A stretch of DNA of 22,347 nucleotides from Octopus sinensis. Its lineage: Eukaryota. Positions 1-10,321 of the stretch are shown piece by piece. The DNA lies in contig NW_021836789.1 in assembly GCF_006345805.1 (NCBI RefSeq), forward strand, positions 1 to 22,347. The letters are read 5' to 3'. Position 1 is the stretch's first letter, and the number at the start of each line of letters is the position of its first letter. The notes under the pieces were generated by a model. It was not told the DNA's origin. It saw only the letters and a program-made list of their open reading frames with translations, and ran no database searches. A program made the translations under genes and the position numbers.

Positions 1-229
1 ATATAAAAAAAGAAAGAGAGCTAAAACGAGAAAAATGAAATACCAGCGATAAAGAGAAAACCACTGTAGATATTTATAGAGAAGTAAGACAGGTAAAGTA
101 CGAGGAAGATTTGGATTTCTATTTCTAGCATTTTCGCCCGGCTGCAGAGAGGTACGTACCTTCGTTGAGTCATACACTTAAAGTGCATATGTGACAGGTA
201 TGACATTAGTAGAAGTATGAGCAGTGTTG

Positions 230-806
230 GTGGGGTCCGTAGTGGTGGTGGTGGCTTTTGTTGATGATGGTAGTAGTAATAGTTGTAGTAGTGGTAGTGG
301 CGGTAGTAGTAGCAGTGGTGGTAATAGTGATGGTGGTGATGATGATGGTGATGGTGGTGGTTGTAATGGTGATGTTGGTGATGTTGGTGATGGTGAAGAT
401 GGTGGTGAAGATGGTGGTGGTAGCTTTTGTTCATGATGATAGTTGTAGTAGTAGTAGTGGTGGTGCTGGTGGTACTGGTGTTGGAAGCTTTTGTTGACGA
501 TGGTAGTAATAGTTGCAGTAGTAGTGGTAGCAGCAGTAGTAGTATTAGAAGTAGTGGTAGTAGTCATAGTAGTAGAAGTGGCGGTAGTGGTGGTGGTGGT
601 AGTAGTAGTAATGGTGATGTTGGTGATGGTGGTGGTGGTGGTGGAGATGGTGATTTTAACTTTTGTTCATGATTGTTGTAGTAGTAGTAGTAGTAGAGTC
701 GGTGGTGATGGTGGTGGTGATAGTAGTAATGGTGATGGTGGTGGTGGTGGTTGTAATGGTGATATTGGTGATGGTGGAGGTAGCTTTTGTTCATGATGAT
801 AGTAAC

Positions 807-851
<45 letters not shown>

Positions 852-945
852 TGTAGTAGTAGTAACGGTGGTGATGGTGTTGCTGCTACTGCTGGTGGCG
901 GCGGCGGCAGCGGTGTTGGTGGCGGCGGTGGCGGCGGCGACGGTA
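230..945. repeat. Mixed trinucleotide repeat array (GGT/GAT/AGT/GGC) with a recurring GCTTTTGTT anchor motif
   Basis: Directly visible. It produces the poly-His/Thr/Val/Ser/Gly ORFs in the track. Confidence 0.95.
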
Positions 946-2097
946 GTAGAAATGAGCAACAGAAACATTAATAATACCAAAAAGTTTTATTTATCTCCAT
1001 TTTAAAATAAGTGTTGTGTTAGAACAGTGAATGCTGCAATAATTTCCCCGAGAGAAACTCTTCTCATGTGGACTTTCGGAGCATAAATGCGTTCTTGTTG
1101 TTAATATCCCTGACGGGGAGATAACTCACTCACCCACCACCGCCACCACCGCCGGCGAAACGACCAAATCGTATCATTTCGACCTTTCCTGGCCTTGTCA
1201 ATGCTGGATACTCGGGTTCTGGAGATAGTAGCGATGTATCACCGCAAGCGATATATAGAAACTCAGTGCCAGAACAGGAGCTGATGTCGCTCATAATTAT
1301 TAATATATTTTAATAAGCCCACTGGCTATTCGAGAAGCATTCTCATAGGCGAGTGGAATAATGAAATAATGGAATTAGTTGGTCGCTCTGATAGTATTTA
1401 AAGATACATGAGCTTCTTTCGATTGGTCGAAAATTTGGAGAAATAGTTGGTCACGTGGTATGTTGTGATGTAAATGACCTCCGCTTGAAATGACAATGAC
1501 CTAGAAGCGTTTTCCTGGAGATTCTCTCTCTCTCTCTCTCTCACTCACAAATACACACGTCATACCAGTGTGTGTATATGCCGGAGGGTCTATGCACACA
1601 AACACGTACATTCACACACAGGCACACTCACAAATTTGTAGACAAATACACATACATACACACATGTTATACCTGTGTGTATACGCTCGACATTCTATAC
1701 ACGCAAGCACATACATTAACACACACATACGCACACACTCACACACGCTCGCACGCACACACATACAGTGTGTATAGTTAATCACATATGAATATATAGA
1801 AAAGGAAAGTGATTTCACATTCCTTAATCATTCTACATAATTTTAATTTACTTGCTTAATTTATTGGATAATTTCTTCAAAGGACACACATCGTGATAGT
1901 GAGCGAACTAGATAAATAGAATTGATAGCAGGCGTTCCGTACATCAAATTCGATGCGGAAGACATCTATAAATTAGCTGTAGGTAATGAAGGCGATATCA
2001 ATTTGAACTGTTGGGGGTCTAACGACTTGATGACCTTAGGGGAGACGCTTGATATTAAAAGATAGGGAACTTTGCGAATATAAAGATAAGTTAAACT

Positions 2098-2524
2098 GGA
2101 TCTTTTCGGTTTGAACGGCAGTTTTTAAAAATAATTTCCACGTAACTAAACACTTTTAAACTTCGTATGTTGGTAAAATGTGTTTATAAAACATCTTTTT
2201 CTCTTGGCTTTATTGAGAAAATTTTATAGTGTGTAAGATATTTGTTGTTGTTTTTCTTCAGTTTCTGCAATTTCAACCAATCAATGACGTCTATTGAGGT
2301 GAAAACATTCTGTGCCGTATGAATATGTCCCTCGTTTAAGAGACAGATTGGGTTTATTTACATTTCTGAAGAAAAAAAGATACCCTTCCTCACCCCTAAC
2401 TCTAACTCTAACCTTAACCCTAAAACAGATTGAAATGCAATAGATCGATACTAGGGTCATAATTATGGGTGACAATTTCATATGGCACTGCTAGAAAAAA
2501 CTGCCGTTCAAACCGAAAAGATCC
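2098..2524. mobile_element. Non-autonomous DNA transposon (MITE), 427 bp, possibly Merlin superfamily
   Basis: Perfect 29-bp TIRs: GGATCTTTTCGGTTTGAACGGCAGTTTTT at 2098-2126 and its reverse complement at 2496-2524. Flanked by a perfect 8-bp direct repeat GTTAAACT (2090-2097 and 2525-2532). No ORF inside. Confidence 0.92.
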
Positions 2525-2559
2525 GTTAAACTGTAAGTTTTATCTATTTATTTATTTAT

Positions 2560-2895
2560 TCATCTAGTGGAACGGTCACTTGGCAAGGCGTTACGGTTTG
2601 GGATCGAAACACACAATGAACGTTGGATACTGTCTGATAACATCAGTTCCTCCTGGCCAAGGAGCCATTAACTTTGGTGAATGGAAAAAGCACAACCTTA
2701 TTGCTGTTATTAACATATCTGTTTATTTATTAATCTATTAATATGTATGTGTGTGTGCGTGCGTTTGTGTCTGCCACACCTCCACCGCTTGACATCAGGT
2801 GTTGGCGTGTTTACGTCCATGTAGCATAGCAGTTCGGCAAAAAGAGAACCGATAGAATAAGTCCTACGGTGCTCTACCATGGCTGAAGCAAATAG
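2560..2895 (+). mobile_element. Old diverged SINE, family A-like; the 3' half from about 2765 is clearest
   Basis: CGCTTGACATCAGGTGTTGGCGTGTTTACGTCC...AGTTCGGCAAAAAGAGAACCGATAGAATAAGT aligns by eye with the family A body at 15700-15790. The 5' part is only weakly similar. Confidence 0.6.
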
Positions 2896-2925
2896 AAGAA
2901 TAGGAGACTATAATAACGATACCAG

Positions 2926-2999
<74 letters not shown>

Positions 3000-3166
3000 C
3001 ACACACATCTATAAATATCTGTGTGTATATACCCCCTCCCCAAACACAAACACATGCATTTAGATTTCAGATATGTATGCATGGGCATATGTATATTTAT
3101 CATATACACACTATAAATATCTGTTTATATATATACATATATATATATAATATATATATATATATA

Positions 3167-3215
<49 letters not shown>
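2926..3215. repeat. (TA)n microsatellites
   Basis: Directly visible TA runs at about 2926-2993 and 3125-3215. Confidence 0.9.
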
Positions 3216-3216
<1 letters not shown>

Positions 3217-3762
3217 TTGCGTGTGTGTGTGGGTAGGTATATGCCTATGCCTGTCAGTATGTGTGCATGTGTATGTGGGGATTTGTTTTGTGTGTGCATG
3301 GTGTGTGCGTGTGAGAGCGCGTGTGTATGTAATTACACGTGTGTCTTTGTGTGTGTGTGGTGTGTGTATTTATAGCTTGCCATTATGTTCTTATTGCATA
3401 AACAACGTAGCTATGCGTATCCCGAATTGGGATTTGCAAGAACAGAAATAACTCTCCATGTTTTCATTAGAGCTGAGCATGTTATTATAAACACATAAAC
3501 ACACATACACATATACGCACTCGTATACACACACACACACATACACTCACGTACACACACGCATCTACACACAAGTACACACACACCGCCTTCCCTTTTC
3601 CCCACCCAACATTCTCAGGTAGGTTCAGTCAGCAAGACGCAGTTTTGGGTGGCGGTTATACTATGGAACGGTAGAGGTATCGTAATGTTTGGCAGCTGAT
3701 AACAGACATCTCATAAACCTTTGGCTCGATGTAGGCACTTGTATATTTACTTACGTTTATCC

Positions 3763-3840
<78 letters not shown>

Positions 3841-4098
3841 GTGTATGTATATATGTATATATATGTATATATATATGTATATATATGTATGTATATATGT
3901 ATATATATATATATGTATATATTGCATATATATATATATATATATTATGTATGTATATAGTATATATATATGTATATATATGTATAATATGTAATATATA
4001 TGTAGATATATATATGCATTATATATATACATGTATATGTATGTCTATGTGTGTGTCTTTGTGTTTCTCCCTCATCACTGCCTCACAGCTTTATATAT

Positions 4099-4195
<97 letters not shown>

Positions 4196-4200
4196 ATTTT
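3763..4200. repeat. (ATCT)n tetranucleotide (3763-3840) followed by TA/TATG-rich low-complexity DNA
   Basis: Directly visible. Confidence 0.95.
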
Positions 4201-4440
4201 AATCCAAACGGGAAAACAAAAAAACAACAACAATGGAACAATTACAGTATTATTATTAATAGGCGCTCAGGAAATGGAAGCAGGAAGGTATGACGTTTCG
4301 AGCGGAGCTCTTCGTCGGAAACATAAAGAAGGAAGAGAGAGAAAGAAAGATCCCAAAGCGGGCAAGAGGGGATAGAGAAAAAAACGACTGGTGTTTACGA
4401 GTTACACATGGTGAAAGGCGGACGTTTACGATAACAAGAG
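4201..4440 (-). mobile_element. Penelope-like element terminal-repeat remnant carrying a minimal hammerhead motif
   Basis: Similar by eye to 16421-16640 (TATTA...GACGCTCA.GGAA...ACGTT(T)CGAGC...CTCTTC.TC.GAAACA). Carries a hammerhead-like core, a known hallmark of PLE terminal repeats. The family call is inference. Confidence 0.5.
4288..4322 (-). ncRNA. Degenerate minimal type I hammerhead ribozyme motif
   Basis: Minus strand reads GUUU-CCGACGA-A-GAGC(UCC)GCUC-GAAAC-GUC-AUAC. Differences from canonical: U4>C core variant, stem I with 3 of 4 pairs, loopless ACGU palindromic stem III. Confidence 0.5.
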
Positions 4441-4479
4441 CAAAGTAGGTTTTAAAGCCAAAGAGTGGAGACAAGGTTG

Positions 4480-7050
4480 GTAACGCAACAGATGTGTATG
4501 TATGTGTGAGTGTTGCGTGTGGCGTGTGTGTATGTGTGTGTGTGAGGCGAGATAAAAAAAACAAAAATTATAGGTATGTGTTAGTGTGTGCGTCTGTGTG
4601 TAGGCGTGTGAGGTAGGGCGAGACAGTGGTAGGCATAGCAGACAGTGGTCAGTAGTAAGAAAAAGAAGGAAGGAGGAAGGGAGGGAGGGGAAGGGGTGGG
4701 GCGTATGTAGCGTGCCAGCGTGTGTTGAGTAGTAGTGTGTGTGTGTGTGTCCAGTGTCGTGGTAGTATTAATGGCGAGTAGATTGAATGTGTGTAAGAGT
4801 AATGTATATATTTAAGCAATGTGTGTATATGTGTGCGTGTGTGTAACAAAAAAGGGGGGTTAGGAAAAGGACTCCAGCTGAGGGGAAGATGGAAGAGTGG
4901 TCCCGCGGAGACGGGCGTGGAAACCCAACGACAAGCGACGGTCCCAGGAACGAGCGGGAGGTCTCGTCGGGTCCAAGAGCGAGGTGCATGCGGCGCGTAT
5001 GCGTGCGCGAAGCGGCGCAAGCGCGTGTGTGCGCGCGCCTGCGAGTATGCGCGTAAGTATGTATTGTGTGGATGTGTGAGTGTGTCTGTGTGTATGTCTG
5101 GGTGTCAGTGTGTCCGATGAATGTATGTGAGTATGTGTGTATATCTGTGTGTGCATAGATGTATGTCCGTGTGTGTGTGTGTGCATGTGTATGAGTTTGT
5201 ATGTAGTACGTGTGGGTGTGTGGAAGTGTGTTATGTGCATGTTGTGTGCGCGTACATACAGGTGTGATGAGTGTGGTTGTGTGTGTATGTATGTGTGAGT
5301 GTGTATGTATGTGTTTGTAGGAGCATGTATGTGTAGGGTTGTATGTTGTGTTGTGTGTATGTATGTATGTGTACGTGCGTGGTGTGTGTGTGTAGCGTGT
5401 AGGTGTGCGCGTGTGCATGCATGCATGCATGGGCGTATGTGTGTGTGTGTGCATGTGTGTGGGTATATATGCATGTGCGTATATGTGTGTGTATGTGCGT
5501 ACATGGTGTGTGGTGTTATGCATGTGTGTATGTAGGTGTGTAGGCGTGTGTGTATAGGTGTATGTATGTAAGTATGTATGGATGTGTCCGTGTATGTGTG
5601 TGTATGTATGTGTGTGTATGTAGGTGTGTGGGCGTGTGTATATGTGTGTGTAGTAGGTTTGTGGGCGTGTGTATATAAGTGTATGTATGTATGTCTGGTG
5701 TGTTCCGTGCATGTTTGTGTGTGTGTGTGTATGACTGTGTAGGTAGGTGTTGGTGTAACGTGTGTAATGTAATGTGTGTATGCGTGTGTGTGCGTGTGTA
5801 TGCGTTGCGTGTGTGTGTATGTAGGTGCGTGTGTATGTGTGTGGGAGTGTAGGTGTGTGTGTTTGCGTGTGTCGTGTTTATGTTGGTGTGTGTCGTATGT
5901 GAGTGTGAGTGTATGGGTGTTTGTCATGCATGTGTGTGCGCGTGCAGGTGAGTGTGTGTGTAAGTATGTGTGTGTGTATGTTTGTGTGAGTGTGTATGTG
6001 TGTATGTCTGTGTGTATGTATGTGCGTATAGGAGTATGTAGGTATGGTGTGTGTATAGGTGTATGTATGTATGTGTGTGTGTGTGCATGTGTATAAGTAT
6101 ATGTGTGTGTGCGTATGTGTGTGTATGTGTATGTGTGTGTGTTTATGTATGTGTGTATGTATGTGTGTAGGCGTGTGTGTGTAGATGTATGTATGGGTGT
6201 GTGTCTGTGTGTGTTTGTGTGTGTGTGTGTAGGTAGGTGTGTGTGTCTGAGTGAGGGTATGGCTGTGTAGGTGTGTGTGTGTATGAATGTAAGTGTGTGT
6301 GTGTACAAGTGTAATGTATGTATGTAGGTGTGTGTGTGTGTGTGTGTGTGTACGTGTGCGTGTGTATGTGTGTGTGTGTATGCGTATGAGTGTGAGTATA
6401 TGGGTGTATGTCTGTGTGTGTGCATGTCTGAAGTAGGTATGTGTGTGTATGTATGTATGTGTGTGTGTGTGCGGGTATGTGTGTGTTGTGTGTGTATGTG
6501 TGTGTGTGAGTAGGTGTGCGTGTATGTATGTGGGTAGGGATGCATGCGAGTGGTGGTGGGTATGTATGCATACATACGCACGCGCACATCCGAAGCAAGC
6601 CCACACACAAGAAGCGCGCCTCAACGCACACAACGCCAAGCAGTACAACGCAAGCCCAAGGGGCGACCAAGCCCCAAGCGCGCGCCAAGGCGCGCGAGCG
6701 CAAAGGCCCTCGAACGCCCCGCTACGCGGGAACCGAGGATCCATCAGCCGAAACCGGAAAGAGAAAAGAGGGGGGGCTGCCGGATGCAAAAAGGTGTATG
6801 TGTGTGTGCATTCAGTGTAAAGGGTGTGCATGTGTGGGTATGTATGTATGTGTGCATGTGTGTGTGTGTGAAGTATGTACGTGCGGGTGTGTGTGTGAGT
6901 GTTGTGTGTATGTATGTGCGTATGTATGTGTGTATGTATGTGTGTATGTATGTCTGTGTGTGTGTGTGTAAGTATGTATGTGTGTGTGTATGTATGTATG
7001 TATGTGTGTGTATATATATATATATATATGTATAATATATATATATATAT
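4480..7050. repeat. ~2.5-kb degenerate (GT)n/(GTAT)n mosaic with two GC-rich islands
   Basis: Directly visible. It is the source of the 314-, 582- and 317-aa His/Thr ORFs. Confidence 0.9.
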
Positions 7051-7099
7051 ATATAAATTAAAACTTAGATATGTTTCGACGAATGACTGATCCTGATAG

Positions 7100-7472
7100 G
7101 ATTATCTAAATCCTTTTAAAGTCAAGTTTTGTCTATGATCCATTCAAGTACTGAGTTGTATCCAGGTACGGTTGGCTTATCTGTTATTCCTTGAAGAAAC
7201 CTGTCCAGACTCCGTTTAAAGTTGATGGGATTCTTTTCCTTTTTAATCAGTTTTGGGACAATGTTAAACAGGGCAGGGCCTGTTGAGGAAAAGAAATTAT
7301 GTCGTAGTGTATCTATATGCTGTGATCCTGAATTGGGCAGGGGACGAATGGCCCGTGGTCCCAGCCTTGGATGTACCTTGAAACTAATGTTCGGGTCATT
7401 TGGGCAATGCTGGTGGTATATTCTCCACATCGTACAAATGATGTACCGCTTGCGGCGGCGCTGGAGAGAGTA
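7100..7472 (-). mobile_element. 3' end of a Jockey-group (CR1/L2-like) non-LTR retrotransposon ORF2
   Basis: Minus-strand translation YSLQRRRKRYIICTMWRIY...HNFFSSTGPALFNIVP...FKRSLDRFLQGITDKPTVPGY matches the C-terminal pattern (YSLxRRRxRY...GPxLFNxLP...FKxxLDxFL) of CR1/L2-group ORF2. Stop at 7122. The 5' side abuts a (CA)n tract. Confidence 0.78.
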
Positions 7473-7508
<36 letters not shown>

Positions 7509-7570
7509 GCACACACACACACACACACACACAGACACACACACATACACACACACACACACACACACAG

Positions 7571-7611
<41 letters not shown>

Positions 7612-7620
7612 CATATATAT
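7473..7620. repeat. (CA)n/(TA)n microsatellite
   Basis: Directly visible. Confidence 0.95.
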
Positions 7621-7638
7621 ATGGTAGTGCTACCTACC

Positions 7639-7798
7639 TCCCCGCAACTAAGCAGTTCGGCGAAAGAGAACGATAGAGCGCCTATCAGGCTTTTATAAGC
7701 AAAGTACAGGGGGTATTCTTTCATCTAAAATTCTTCATGGCAGTTCTAAGGCATGGCCTGAGACTAATGACCGAAACCGATAAAAGATAGAAGACAGA
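7639..7798 (+). mobile_element. Diverged 3' half of a family A-like SINE
   Basis: CCCCGCAACTAAGCAGTTCGGCGAAAGAGAACGATAGA...GCATGGCC...TAATGACCGAAAC..TAAAAGA aligns by eye with the 3' half of the 9483-9887 copy (reverse complement). Confidence 0.6.
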
Positions 7799-8299
7799 AA
7801 GTTAAATAGTAGATGAAAAAAAAAATAAAATAAAAACGGGTTTCGGCCTCTAATTTACCTGGAATATATATTTTAGCTTTCTACCCGAAATTTTGGGGCT
7901 ACTTGGATATAGATAACTAACAACCTCAAAACCAGTCTTCAGAAAAAAAAGAATTCAGCAAAGCAGAAAGTATACAAGTAGATAGGTAATTATTGTTCAA
8001 AGCCATTTAATGGAACTGAGAATATATGGAAAACGTTCTGAATATAAGCACAGCTATATAAACGCGTGTGTATATAGGACGCGTAGTTTTGCTCAGGTAA
8101 CGTTGGTGCTCCTTGTACATGCACATACGATTGCATACACGCTTATATCTATACAGGTGCATATGTATGTAAACGTACGCATATATATATATATATATAT
8201 ATGTGTGTTGTGTGTGTGTGTGTGTGTGTGTATTTGTATGTGTACAGTAGAATGGAATTGTGACGCAATTTTACCTGAAACCTAGTTATTTATATGTGT

Positions 8300-8574
8300 A
8301 TCAATATATCTTTATAGGTTTATATATTTATATTGAACCGGTATATATATGTGTGTGTGTATGTGTGTGAGGGAGAGAGAGAAGGAGAGAGACCGAGTGT
8401 ATGTGTGTGTGCCTGTATATGTAAGTGTGTATGTCTGTATGTGCATATATGTATGCGTGTATCGTTCATGTATATATATATATATAACATATATATATAT
8501 AATATATATATATATATACATATATATAAATATTTATATGTACATATCTATATGTGTACATATATATATGTGAG

Positions 8575-8616
<42 letters not shown>

Positions 8617-8780
8617 GTATGTATGTATATGCATATGTGTAACATATGTCTGTAAGTTTTTTGTCTCTATTATGTGCGTGTATAGATATATACATAGATC
8701 AAATAGATGTAGAGATATATATATCTATATATATGTATGTGTGCGTGTTTGAGTCTGTATGTATATATATATATATCTAC

Positions 8781-8845
<65 letters not shown>

Positions 8846-8850
8846 CATAC
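8300..8850. repeat. TA/TG low-complexity microsatellite block
   Basis: Directly visible. Confidence 0.9.
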
Positions 8851-9482
8851 ATTATACATACATACCCGGTAATATGATGAATAGAGAAATATATTTCCTT
8901 TCATCTCTTCCATGCAAGATAGCCACGTGACCGAACGTTTGAAATGTCTGCAGTTAACAGTCGTCGTTCCATAACCGTAGCAGTGAGACGCGATGATAGA
9001 ACTCCGAGCGTATTCAGCGACGGAACATGAGATGTTGCTGGAGCATAGCGACGTGTCAATGTGAACATTGATTGAAAGCAGACTTCGTGTGTTTTTCTGT
9101 GCTTATAAAATAATGACTACACGTATAGTACTCTGTGTGTGTGTGTGAGCTTGGATGTGTGTATGTGTGTGTGTGAGCTTGGATGTGAGGGTGTGTTCGG
9201 ATATTACATATATATATATAGGGCTATATATATATATTATATATTCTATATATATATATATAGCAATTAAGGACAACTACTTAATAAGGAAAACTTAACA
9301 AGAAATTGTCAGGTAGATAGCGTAAAACCTCATAAGAGAAAAAATTTCGAAAATAATTATTTCTTATTGAACATATTAATTTATATATAGAGGGCATTAT
9401 ACATACATGCCAGGAGGCATTCTACATACACGCCATACGCTAAGAGGGACAATCAGTCATATATATATATATATATATATAT

Positions 9483-9887
9483 TCTCTTTTACTCTTTTAC
9501 TTGTTTCAGTTATTTGACCGTGGCCACGCTGGAGCACCGCCTTTAGTCGAGCAAATCGACCCCAGGGCTTATTCTCTGTAAGCCAATTACTTATTCTATT
9601 GGTCTCTCTTTTGCCGAACCGCTAAGTTACGGGGACGTAAACACACCAGCATCGGTTGTCAAGCGATGTTGGGGGGACAAACACAGACACATACACACAC
9701 ATGCATATATATATATATATTTATACATACATATATACAACGGGCTTCTTTCAGTTTCCATCTACCAAATCCACTCACAGGGCTTTCGTCGGCTCGAGAC
9801 ACTTGCCCAAGGTGCCACGCAGTGGGACTGAACCCGGAAACATGTGGTTCGTAAGCAAGCTACTTACCACACAGCCACTCCTGCGTC
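9483..9887 (-). mobile_element. Full-length tRNA-derived SINE, family A (~405 bp; resembles the octopus OK-type SINE as recalled)
   Basis: Minus strand begins GACGCAGGAGTGGCTGTGTGGTAAG (A-box) then GGGTTCAGTCCC (B-box). It has an internal TA/TG tract and ends in (GAGTAAAA)n. Highly similar to 15482-15837 and 19750-20007. Inserted in a (TA)n run. Confidence 0.9.
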
Positions 9888-9918
<31 letters not shown>

Positions 9919-9928
9919 ATGTGTCTTC

Positions 9929-10321
9929 TTGTGGAAACTGGAACCTTTCCGTACCTCTTTCCTGCTGTGAGCGGTGTATGGCACACTCCCGACGCCAGCA
10001 ATCCTGCACAGGTGGGGGTTTGAAGGAGAACCAGCTGTATAGACTCTGTGGAGAAAGGGACACTCTGGCGCACATTTTGTCAGGGGGCAAAATATAACTC
10101 AAGAGTGATATAAGTGGCCCCGTGGTAAGGTGCTTGCAACATGCTCACACTCATAATAGGACAGAAACAGTAGTAGTTAAGTTCGAGAAAGTTGGAGAGG
10201 GGGCAGTAAGGACAGGAAAAAAAGGTACACAGCTTACTGCATAGACCCCAGTGATGGGATATGAAATTAGTACCGGGAGAGAAACTCCAATTTCCAAACG
10301 TCGTTCATACAACCCTCCGCC
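9929..10321 (+). mobile_element. Decayed C-terminal fragment of a HERO-like RLE-encoding non-LTR retrotransposon
   Basis: Frameshifted + strand pieces read LWKLEPFRTSFLL*AVYGTLPTPAILHRWG / YRLCGERDTLAHILSGGK / YKWPRGKVLA / WDMKLVPGEKLQFPNVVHTTLR. These follow the HERO-type order: LWK.EP...LP.P.NL.RWG, CCHC knuckle (C..C...H....C, two Cys mutated), RY.WRHD.VL, then LRPD (PD-(D/E)xK start), where it is cut off. Confidence 0.8.

Noticed and set aside
21-1005. Poly-His, poly-Thr, poly-Val and poly-Ser ORFs
   Set aside because: Trinucleotide-repeat artefacts open in several frames on both strands.
4768-6831. Long ORFs of 314, 582 and 317 aa rich in His/Thr/Tyr
   Set aside because: They are translations of (CA)n/(CATA)n repeats, which lack stop codons; no domain content.
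7836-7945. Minus-strand CUGAAGA ... GGCCGAAAC as a hammerhead
   Set aside because: Core halves are about 95 nt apart and stem II is out of register and mostly G-U; cannot be supported.
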